Source: Octopus vulgaris
Taxonomy: Eukaryota
Direction of reading: 5' to 3'
Assembly (NCBI GenBank): GCA_951406725.2
Contig: OX597827.1
Location: forward strand, 434,001 to 498,000
Length of the DNA stretch: 64,000 bases
Positions 52,966 to 64,000 of the stretch are shown here, in pieces; within the stretch, counting starts at the first letter, position 1; each line of letters opens with the position of its first letter. The notes under the pieces were generated by a model that saw only the letters and a program-made list of their open reading frames with translations, ran no database searches and had not been told where the DNA came from. The position numbers and the translations under genes were made by a program.

Positions 52966-53903
52966 CGAGGTGATGTGTATGCTGTTGCCGGTGGTGTCCA
53001 CCTTGGGTCTATTTGCTGTGGCGGTCTTGTGTATTGTGGATAGTACCATCTGCGAGTTTGAGTTTGATGGAGCCAGGTTAGCTGCTGTACAATATTTTGT
53101 GCCATGCACAAAAAAGATTCTTGTTCAGCAGCTGCCCTTTCAATAACATGTTGGTGGTTTGTAGCACGCACTACATCTGCGTACCTCCGTTTTGGGGCAG
53201 GTGGTGCGTGGTCCATTCCTTTTCCTTTTAGTATTTGGTTTCTGCCCTGTTTCATGTTTATGTGGCAGGGTCTTTGGTGTGCAAAACGGCAGCCTGCACC
53301 TTCCTCTTCATGCCAGCAGACACCTTTCAGGTAGAATTTACACATTCATGTGCGTTGTCTCTTTCTATCCTTTTTGGTATGTGGATAGTCAGGTTTGCTT
53401 CTATCCTTGGCTGTTTCATCTTTTGGTTCTGTTTGAGTTTTAGTTTTTCCATCTTTGGCTATTTCATCTTTTGTTTTTCTTTTAGTTTTTCCTCCTTTTA
53501 CTTCTTTTTTGGCTCTTTCATCTCCATGGTTTTGGCTTTTGGTGCTGGTAGGGGCACTTGCACTTGGGTTTACTTCCCGGGCAGGTTTCTCACTTGAATC
53601 TTCTTCGTTGTCCTGGGTGTCTACCAAGTGGGGGTGACATCTTTCATCAGCACCCGTGCCTCCATCCTTGCCATCTTTACTTTGTTCGTTGTCAAAGATG
53701 GCATCAAGCGTGCTGATGTGGTATCTTATGAGTGCATAGGAGCGTATAAACTCCTGCTTTTTTCGCACTATCTGTGCTAACGTCCTTGTGTATCCACTGC
53801 CCTTCAGCGCAGCTATAATTATGTTGTTCGGATTATCTCCGTCGGCGCATTGCCAGGCTCTCAGGAACAACGCCAATTCCATGCTCCTCCAGGTTCTGGA
53901 CAT
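52953..53903 (-). pseudogene. CR1-group ORF1 with Myb/SANT-like N-terminus and CCCH finger, one in-frame stop
   Basis: Track ORFs 53346-53903 and 52953-53345 are in the same frame, separated by one TGA; CKFYLKGVCWHEEEGAGCRFAH. Confidence 0.75.
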
Positions 53904-53989
53904 TTTTGGATATTTTATTTATCTATCTAATTATATTTAAGATTTAATAGTGTGATTGAGGGTAGAGAAGAAATAGAGAAAGAAAGTGT

Positions 53990-54817
53990 CTATGCATTTA
54001 GAGAGATTGAGAGCTGAGAGAAGATAAGAAGAGAGTAAGAGAGAGAGTGAGAGGAGAAAGTTCGCGTCTATATATTTAGAAAGATTGAGAGGCTGAGAGA
54101 GGAAAAATGGTGTGACAGAGAGAATTGGAGAAGTGAAGAGACAGAGAGAGAATGAAATGAAAGAGAGGAGATTATGCAAAAGATTGAGCGGCTGAGAGAA
54201 GATAAGAAGAAAGTGAGAGATAGTCTATATATTTAGAAAGAGGCTGAGAGAAGAAAGATGGTGTAATAGAGAAAGAGATGAAAGAGAGGAAGTGATGCAA
54301 AAGATTGAGCGGCTGAGAAAAGATAAGAAGAAAGTGAGAGTCTATAGATTTAGAAAGATTGAGTGGCTGAGAGAAGAAAGATGGTGTGATAGAGAGAAGT
54401 GAAGAGACAGAGAGAGAAAGAAAAGAAAGAGAGGAGGTTATGCAACAAATAAATATATATCTATCTGCAGCTACGAAAGTTCTACGAGAGTTTTCTTCTG
54501 AACTAATTACGACTATATTTCTAATGTTTGCGTCTATATATTTAGGAAGATTGAGAAGCTGAGTAAAAATAAAGAAAAAATATATATATAAATAAAGCAA
54601 CAAATAAATATACACCTATCTAAAGTTGAATAATTATAAAGAGATATAGTGAGAAAATGACAAAAACGAAGCTGAAACAGAAATTGAAAGATTATTAACA
54701 GAATGTAAATTATAAATATATACCTATCCGTAGCTACAAACGTTTTCTTCTAAACTAATTGTGACTATACTTCTAATGTTCGCGACAAAATATATTTAGG
54801 GAGATTGAGGGGCTGAG

Positions 54818-54852
<35 letters not shown>

Positions 54853-54965
54853 CAACAAATAAATATATGCCTATCTAAAATTGAATAATTTTAAAGAGAT
54901 GAATTGAGAAAATTGACAAAGACGGAGCTGAAACAGAAATTGAAAGATTATTAACCGAATGTAAA
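53990..54965. repeat. Tandem repeats upstream of CR1 ORF1
   Basis: Recurrent AAGATTGAG(A/C/T)GGCTGAGA units at 53990-54450 and a ~260-bp duplication (54445-54708 vs 54712-54965). Confidence 0.8.
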
Positions 54966-55487
54966 CAGAGAATAGGTCCTTACATTGAATTACGGGAAAT
55001 TAAACAAATGAAAAGGGGTACTTATCTTATAAGAGGTAGAAGTCCCAAAATCGTCTCCCTGTACGATGAGGTTTTCTTTCAAAAAGAAAAGAAAAACGGT
55101 TCTTTTTGCTTGTTACAGTCGATTGGAAATAAACTTCAGAGATGTCACCACGTGTTTTTTCGACGGGAAATCGACGGTCGTGCGTAATTAACTTTAGTGT
55201 ATTATATTTGGCTTGAAGCGAAATATATTACGGTTTTTAACTAATATATCCTCGTATATATACACTCACACACAAATATGAATTATCTATATGTACGCAT
55301 GTTTATAAGTTTGCATGTATCTATGCGTGTGTGCGTGTGAGTGTATATATGTATATGTATACATTTGCATTGTACGTATATATATATAACGATGTATATA
55401 TGCATATATTTAAGTCAATCTATACAAATTTCCACATACACACACATATACAAATATATTTTATATAAATATATATATATATGTACC

Positions 55488-55522
<35 letters not shown>

Positions 55523-55768
55523 ATCATGTTAGTATGCATTCATTCAGAGAATACCTATGTAAAAATATATACAAATATATCTGTATGTATACGTCAGTAT
55601 ATGTGTGTACACATATACGCTCGTACATATGTATGCGAATTTATGTTTAAATCTTTTCAAAATAATATTAATTATCTATATATCTACACATATCATCACA
55701 TACACACACACATCTTTATATACATGCATACATAGATACATAGATACATACATACATACATACATACA

Positions 55769-55835
<67 letters not shown>

Positions 55836-57367
55836 GTATGTATATATATATTTATGTATATGTATAATCCGAAGCATATCCATAGAAATATGTAAGATAT
55901 CTAATTAATACACACATATACCACTTTTCATTTAATCAATTAATTAATAATTATCTTTTCATACATTTACTAATTTAATTAATATAATTTATCTATTTAA
56001 TTATACTCTTTTGAAACAATATTTTTCTTGACACCCTAAACCTATTCTTATGAATATTTACAGACTTGCATAATAATTAATAGACATACTCCCCTCACAT
56101 ACGCCGCTTCTTTTTCCAAGGTACATAAGTAATTAAATATGAGTTCCTTAATTATTTTGATCCTTTTATGAAGTTTTCATAGACATAAAAGCCAGCGTCT
56201 TTAAGAAAGTAAAATACAAAGAAAAGAGAAAACTTTCATAAAAATACACTTAACTCGTCTTCTACTTATCTCTGTTTAATATAAGAAAATAATTAAACAT
56301 TCTGATACATTGTAAATCAAATACTTTTTCTTCTTTTAAATATCTATCCTAGCTTCAAAAACTCTTACATATTTTCCATATCATTATCATGCAATGTTAC
56401 CGAAACGGAAAACGTTGTCAATAAATATCGGAAGAAATGTATATATATATATATAAGATGTATGTATGTAAGTATGCAAAAGTACATCACTTCACAAACG
56501 ATAATCCATGTAGATTAATTTGAAGTTCAAAAATATTCGTTACCTTAATGAATTCTTTGTCTAAATTTTTAATAGTTTCTCAACCTTCATTTTTCTAATT
56601 GTCTTTTGCAGTTTTCTCAGATTATCATCTTGTCTTTTATTCAGTAAATATTTTAATATTTTCTCATTGTAAGCTCTAGAGATCCGTGTGCTTACATATG
56701 CACACACACATACACACATACATACGCACACAAACACATACATACACATAAACACATAATCACAACACACACAGACACGCATATATTGTCACACTCACAC
56801 GTATACGCACGAACACACATACACACATACATACATACACATATACACACACATTTATGTGTATATATATATATATATATATATACATATGTAAGACCTT
56901 TTGTCTATATACGTTTATGCATATATACACAGGTATATATGTATATATGTATATATACGCATACACAAAATCACTTCTATGTATGTATGATGTATCTACG
57001 TCAGTATGTATTTGTGTGAATACATATACGTATACGTATGTACATATGTATACATGTATGTATGCATACGGATATGTATGCAGGTACATACGTACATATG
57101 TACGTATGTATGTTTGTATAATGACACTAAATCGCCAAGAATCGTAGGATCGGTACACATTGTATTTTCACTATGATTATGGTTTCACTTTCGCTTTATA
57201 ATATTACACAGCATATTTTAAAAAGCAAATATGAAGTTTGTATTTCATGGTAGAAAGAATTATATACTAAAACTCCCATTACATACATACACAAAACATA
57301 CGGACACACATACTATGACTTAATTTATATATGTGTGTGTGTGCATGTGTGTATGTAGGCATGTATG

Positions 57368-57402
<35 letters not shown>

Positions 57403-57540
57403 GTTTCCAGATACATGCATATAAGTATATTTGTAAATGTATATGCTTAATATATATGTACTTTTTTTATATGTATAAATGCCTATCTGCTTACCTATAT
57501 AAATACATATATATATATACATACATAAATACATACATAT

Positions 57541-57575
<35 letters not shown>

Positions 57576-57577
57576 CA

Positions 57578-57747
57578 GGCTCAGGAGTGGCTATGTGGTA
57601 AGTAGCTTGCTAACCAACCACATGGTCCCGGGTTCAGTCCCACTGTGTGGCATCTTGGGCAAGTGTCTTCTACTATAGCCCCGGGCCGACCAATGCCTTG
57701 TGAGTGGATTTGGTAGACAGAAACTGAAAGAAGCCTGTCGTATATAT

Positions 57748-57783
<36 letters not shown>

Positions 57784-57800
57784 TTGTGTGTCTGTCTGTG
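57578..57800 (+). mobile_element. SINE family B 5' half
   Basis: Head, CORE motif and internal microsatellite. Confidence 0.88.
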
Positions 57801-58141
57801 TGAATCCCTAGAACTTGAGAACTACAACCAATTTCATTCAAATTTTGCACATGCCTTACTTAGATTGTAAGTAATGGAGAGAATGAGAGATAGGTACATA
57901 GAAAGGCAGGCAGACAGACAGATAGATAGATAGATGGATAGATAGATGGATAGATGGATAGATAGATAGATAGGGAGAGGGAGAGAGAGCGAGAGAGAGA
58001 GAGAGAGAAATAGAGAGAGAGAGAGCTCTATTTGAATCAGATAATAACAGTTATGCACTTTAACTAAATTGTGAGACAATATAACTAATTAAATCATAAA
58101 TCCTTTCCTTGAAATGTTTTTGTTTACTTAACCACACATAA

Positions 58142-58520
58142 GGGCGGCGAGCTGGTAAAATCGTTAGCATGTTGGAAAAAATGCTTAAAGGCATTTCTTC
58201 CCGTTGTTTAAGGTCTGAGTTCGAATCCCGCCACGATCAACTTCGCTATTCATCCCTTTGGAATCGATAAAATGAAGTACCATTCAAGTAGTGATATGAA
58301 TGTAACCGACTTGCCATCCCACCCATTCAACCCCACTTCCTCGCCCCGTCACCGCCCCTTCATGCTCCCCTCTGTGAACCTCCTCTACATCCGTCCCTCA
58401 AAATTGTTGGCCTTAAATCCTGCAACGAACCGGTGTCCTGTTCTAGGGAAATGGTGATCTCGCTCACTTCTATACGCTACAGAAAACAGAGTAACCGGCC
58501 TTATGAGGCCTGGGGCTCGA
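58142..58520 (+). mobile_element. Old SINE A with a family-C-like 3' end
   Basis: GGCGGCGAGCTGG head and core, then TACGCTACAGAAAACAGAGTAACCGGCCTTATGAG; similar 3' end at 59112-59310. Confidence 0.6.
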
Positions 58521-58562
58521 GAAAAATAATCACCTCAAGTTACGTCTAATCACCTTAATTAC

Positions 58563-59100
58563 TACAGTTCTGTATTTAAGAGATGAAGAATTATTTACAT
58601 TATTTACATTTGACTGATATTTGTCTTCATCTTGTTTGTTGTTAATATACCCTCCAGCCTTCATCAGGTGTCTTGGAGAAATTTGGAGAAACCTGGATTC
58701 TCATTCCTAAGGTATTTTTCAATGTTATTATTATTATTATTGAGGTAACTCGGAATCTTGGGGTTAGTAGCCCGTGCTCTTAACCACTACGCCATATGCC
58801 CGTGGGCAATTATGGAGTGAATTTGGGGCTTATAAATCTAATATTTTCCTATCCTTTCTTAATACCGGTTAGGGTTAGGGTTAGGGATATGCTACTCATA
58901 TCTGCACTCGGTCCTGCTTGGCCGGTTGTTGTGTCCTACCATATGAGCGGCTTCTTTTAGTTTTCGTATTTTCCAGTGGTGTTCTCTGTCTTATTTTAAC
59001 TTCATCCCACCTCCCGCTGAAGGCTGGAGGGGGGGATGAAGCGTTGTGTTAACAACAAACAAGATGAGAGCGAATAGCCATCAAATGTAAACAATGTAAA
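58563..59100 (-). mobile_element. tRNA-headed element with hammerhead remnant and inverted terminal copy
   Basis: Minus: GGCATATGGCGTAGTGGTTAAGAGCACGGGCTACTAACCCC head (58800-58747), (AAT)n, ACAC-CTGATGA-AGGCTG; plus-strand inverted copy 59017-59100; (TTAGGG)3 between. Confidence 0.65.
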
Positions 59101-59589
59101 CCTTAATTACTCTGTGTTCTTAGTTCAAATCACTATATGGTCAACTTTGCCTTTCATTTTTTCGGGATCGATAAAATAAAGTACCAGTCAAGTACTGATG
59201 TCGATATAATCGACCATCCCCCATCCCGCTAAAAAAAAAAAAAGATGCTCGTTTTCAATCCGGAATATGCCATGGAATCCGGGTAACCGGCCTTAAGAGT
59301 CCATGGAGTCGAAGAAGAGAAAAAAAAAAACGAATGCATGGATTGGATATATGTATATTATTCTTTGAGTGTCATTCAAATTCTTCTTGAAAGAGTTTAA
59401 GCCGGTCGCTACCAAAACGACAAGACCGTGAGTTAAGAGAGTTCCTAATGTTTGTAAATATACGGTTAAGTTGGTTCCGTTGGGGTTGAATTGTCAAAAC
59501 ATACACACAAGTGTGTGCATTTATTCACATAAGAATCTCAGATGGAGAATTTTTAGAATGTTTTACAAATCTCCATTGTGCCACAAATA

Positions 59590-60155
59590 TTGGGTTGTCC
59601 GGAAAGTTCGTGCCGATTTATAGTAGCTTATCTTTCGACTTATTTCAGAACATGGTTGAGTCCATAAAATAGGATTTGACTACACCTCCATTTAGAGCAC
59701 AGTTTAAGCTATCTTTTCGTGGAAGAAGGTTTATGTTCCTATAACCTGTGTTAATTCTATAACCCTTTAAAATGGAAGATCAGAAAGTTCATTTTCGGCA
59801 CTTGATGCTTTGGGAACCAGACAAAAATTGCTGCAGCTCGGCTGGGATGTGTTACCCCACCCTCCATATTCACCAGATATTGCTCCTTCAGATTTCTACT
59901 TATTCAGGTCTCTGCAGAAAAGTCTTAATGGTAAAAATTTCAATTCCTTGGATGACGTAAAAAGATACCTTGATGAATCCTTTGCCATGAAACCACCTCA
60001 ATTCTGGGAATAGGGTATTTTCAAGGTAAAGGAAACATGGAGATGCATTGTGCAACAAAATGGTTCATATTTAGTTGATTAAAAATGTAATGGCAAGTAT
60101 TTATTGACCATTTTCTTTCCTTTAAAAATCGGCACGAACTTTCCGGGCAACCCAA
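59590..60155 (+). mobile_element. Internally deleted mariner element, copy 2
   Basis: TIRs, TA duplications at 59588-89 and 60156-57; MEDQKVHFRHLMLWE fused out of frame to TRQKLLQLGWDVLPHPPYSPDIAPSD. Confidence 0.95.
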
Positions 60156-60326
60156 TAGATTGGACTTGGAGAATCTGCGTCAGTTTCTTTTAGATTTTTG
60201 TTCCGTGAAACCGAGTATTTCTAGCATTTTGTGTAGATTTGTTGGTACATAGCCTAATGCATCCGATGATAGGCACAAGTGAGAATTTATAGACAGGGTA
60301 CAAGAGCGCATATAAATATATGTGTA

Positions 60327-60539
60327 CGAGAGGGTGCTGAAAAGTTCCTGGCTTTAAGTGTGCCGAGAAAGGTCTAGCTGGAGGCTCAACCTGAGTTCTT
60401 TTACTGGGCTTCAGAATGCTGAAGACCGCTGCAATAAGTGTATGAATCTGAGAGGAAAATACGTTGAATAAAATCATAATTAACTGACCCTCTTGTATAT
60501 TCTTTTATCCAAAGCAAGGAACTTGTTAACACCCTCTCG
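60327..60539. mobile_element. Tc1/mariner-type MITE
   Basis: ~29-bp imperfect TIRs CGAGAGGGTGCTGAAAAGTTCCTGGCTTT / AAAGCAAGGAACTTGTTAACACCCTCTCG; TA left, CA right. Confidence 0.75.
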
Positions 60540-61121
60540 CACAAGGTACAAGGGCAAATATAAATGTATGTGTGTATGTAGGTTTGTAAATAACCAGACG
60601 CAGTCACTAAGTTTTAAAATTTTAATGGTGGAAATTTAAAACTTAGTAATACGTTTCATTTCGCTTGTTATATAAAATTCACTGCTGTTTAATAATAAAT
60701 ATCCTGGGTATAAACAGATGTAATATAGTTGCTGTTATTATTAGTGTATATATTGATGTCTGTGAAATGCCTTGTGTTGTGTGTTGGTTTGGACGTTCAA
60801 CTTCAATAACAAAAGATATTTAGAAATTTCCAGAACCTCTTTCAACTTGTTCGCATCTTATTGATCTTTTGTGATTATCTGCATATCTTCCATCTTCCAT
60901 GTAGCAGCAAAAGTACTTTAGTTCCCGTTAAGAGATGAAAAATATGAAATAATCGATACTGCTGTTGTTAGTGTTTTTTTCTCAATTTCAAGTTCCTGCG
61001 TAAATTTGCAAAGTGCTTATGTTTGTATGTATGTATGTATGTATGTATGTATGTATGTATGTATGTATGTATGTATGTATGTATGTATGTATGTATACAC
61101 ACACATACACACACACACATA

Positions 61122-61291
61122 GAGGCGCTGTCATGGTTGTGTGGTTACGAAGCCTGTTTTGCAACAACGTGTTTTCTGGTTCATTCCAATTGCGTGGCAC
61201 CTTGGATAAAGGGACTTCAACTATAGCCCTAAGGCTGACCAATGCATTATGAGTGGATTTTATAGATGGAAAACGTGTGGATGCCCGTAGT

Positions 61292-61349
<58 letters not shown>

Positions 61350-61575
61350 CTATCTGTGTGTGTATGTTTTTCTCTGTGATTGTCACTTCCACTGCTTGAC
61401 CACTGGTATTGTTATGATTACGTAGCCGTAACTTAGCGGGTCGGACATAGGAGACCGATAGAAAATATACCTAACTGAAAAGAAAATATAAATAAATATT
61501 GTGGTTAATTTCTTCAACTAAAACTATTGAAGACGGCATCCAGTATGTCCGTAGTCCAATGACTGACACAAGTAA
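61122..61575 (+). mobile_element. SINE family B, diverged
   Basis: Head, CORE motif, internal (TC)n(TATC)n, tail CAGTATGTCCGTAGTCCAATGACTGACACAAG. Confidence 0.75.
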
Positions 61576-61719
61576 TATATACATATATATATATATATAA
61601 AACAAAGGATTAGGATTCAAGTGAACCAGGCACTTGAATGGTAAGGCACCAGGTCGGGTCAAAGTTAAAGTGCATACACTACAAAGGTAAACTCATATCT
61701 ATATCTATATCTATCTATC

Positions 61720-61809
<90 letters not shown>

Positions 61810-61826
61810 ATATATAAATAATAATG

Positions 61827-61887
<61 letters not shown>

Positions 61888-63707
61888 GAGGGACTCATGA
61901 AAACCAAAGACATCCCCATTAGAAGAGGAATATTCCAGGGAGACACGCTCTCTCCACTCCTTTTCTGCTTGGCACTGTCACCTCTATCTGATATGCTAAA
62001 TAGAACTGGATGCGGATATAAATGTTACGGCAAAACGATCAGCCACCTTTTATATATGGATGACCTAAAACTATACGCTGCAAATGACAAACAGCTAGAA
62101 ACACTATTAAAGACAGTTCATGGATTTACCAAAGAAATAGATATGAAATTTGGATTAGAAAAATGCGCCAAAGTAACCATGAAAAGAGGAAAACTAGTTA
62201 AGAGTAACAACATCACACTAGATAAAACCAATGAAATAAAAGAATTAGACCAAAGCCAAACTTACAAATACTTAGGAATCCATGAACTAGATAAGACACA
62301 ACACACACAAATGAAAGAGAAAATAAAAAAAGAATATTATAGACGAGTTAGATCAATACTAAAAACAGAGCTCAATGCTAAAAACAAGATAATAGGTATC
62401 AACACTTTAGCTGTTCCAGTTATAAGTTACAGCTACAATATCCTTAACTGGACACGAAATGAACTGTCCAAAATAGATCGGAAAACAAGAAAAATACTGA
62501 CAGGATCTAGGATGCATCACCCAAAATCTGACATAGAAAGACTATATATACCACGTATAGAAGGTGGTAGAGGCCTTATACAGCTGGAAAACTACTATAA
62601 AATAACCACCATAGGACTGCAAAAATACCTACTTCAGAAGGAAGGAAAACTGATCCAGATAGCAGCAAAACACGAGCAAAACAAAAAACTGTTCTCAGTA
62701 TTTAAGGAAGCTGACAAATACAAACAAGAAATCATACCACCTAATAAACACAAAGAAGAAGAAGAAGATGATGAAGAAACAACAAAAGCTATAAAACAAA
62801 TGAAATCCAAACTAAAAATAGAACAGCAACGAGCCATGATAAAACGATGGCAGAAAAGCCCCTTCATGGTAAATACTGGACTAAACTAAACGCAAAAGAA
62901 ATAGACAAAGAAAAATCCCAGCAATGGTTGAGAAGCTCAGGACTCAAAGCAGAAACAGAGGGATTTTTAATTGCAGCACAAGACCAAAGCCTCCCCACCA
63001 GAAATTACCAAAAACATGTAATGAAAAGAAATATTACAAGTAACTGCAGAATATGTGGAGATGGACAAGAAACAATAAATCATATTATCTCTAGCTGCCC
63101 AGTCCTGGCTAAGAAGGAATATTTTCACAGACATGACAGAGTTGGAACCTACATACATTGGAAGCTATGCCAACATTATGGAATAACAACAGAAAAAAGA
63201 TGGTATAGGCACACACCAGAAAAGGTCACAGAAAACGAGAAAGCAACCATACTCTGGGATATGCCGATACACACAGATAGAGAAATTAAGGCCAACAGAC
63301 CAGATATAGTTGTCAGAGATCATGAAGAAAAAAATGCTTTCTAATTGATGTATCAATACCGGCAGATGACAACGTGTCTCTAAAAGAAATGGAGAAACTC
63401 TCAAAATACAAAGACCTGGAAATAGAGGTAACTAGAATGTGGAACCTGAAAACAGAAACAATTCCTATCATAGTAGGTGCATTAGGCATGATAAAAAAAA
63501 TATTCAGACAAATACATAACAAAAACACCAGGACTTACAAACACATATAACATACAGAAAATTGCACTACTAGGCACCGCACACATCCTACGCAGAACAC
63601 TTCCATACAATAACCATCAGAGCATCACAACAAATCACAGCACATACCCAAGGCACACAGAGCTGCGCTCGGTAGTGAAGTGAAAGCACGCTATAAAAAT
63701 AAAACTA

Positions 63708-63710
<3 letters not shown>
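61888..63710 (+). mobile_element. R4/Dong-type RLE LINE, 5'-truncated, inside (AAT)n
   Basis: RRGIFQGDTLSPLLFCLAL, HLLYMDDLKL, CRICGDGQETINHIISSC, RHD, RPDIVV; a few frameshifts in A-rich runs; (AAT)n on both flanks. Confidence 0.96.
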
Positions 63711-63778
<68 letters not shown>

Positions 63779-64000
63779 TAATAATAATTATATATATACA
63801 TACATACATACATACCATCCACCACTCCTCTCTCACCACCATCATCCACTATAAATCCACAGACTCACTCTCTTATCTATCTCAAGTCCTCCTTCTCCTA
63901 CCTACGTACACTGAACTGTCCATTTCTTACTCCCAGTCTCAGTTCTTCTGTCTCCTCCGGTTCTGTAGTGATGACTATGACTACAAGACACCAACTCCTG

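Larger units (their letters stand above)
50139..54965 (-). mobile_element. Near-full-length CR1-group LINE (5' boundary uncertain)
   Basis: ORF1, APE+RT ORF2, short 3' UTR with stem-loop, upstream tandem repeats; 3' end abuts (TA)n. Confidence 0.9.

Overview
AT-rich, microsatellite-saturated eukaryotic DNA. The SINE families and repeat content suggest an octopus/cephalopod genome (inference, not verified). No intact host protein-coding gene is visible: nearly all track ORFs are microsatellite read-throughs or transposon remnants. Retroelements include a near-full-length CR1-group LINE (50.1-55 kb, minus), four R4/Dong-type RLE-LINE remnants (one inside an (AAT)n tract), four Tx1/L1-type remnants, RTE fragments and many tRNA-derived SINEs of at least five families. 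DNA elements include a mariner pseudogene, two copies of one internally deleted mariner and two MITEs. The strongest leads are: (1) three different short elements carrying minimal type-I hammerhead-ribozyme folds, one with a G3:C8 swap of the invariant C3:G8 pair, one with U6, and one downstream of a tRNA-like head, with Penelope-style inverted partial copies in two of them; (2) two SINE-LINE 3'-tail partnerships visible within the window, including a SINE with alternative tails that forms head-(body-tail)n arrays; (3) a CR1 ORF1 that begins with a Myb/SANT trihelix-like motif followed by a CCCH finger; (4) a 1.5-kb palindrome with circularly permuted arms. Family labels A-E are my own working names.
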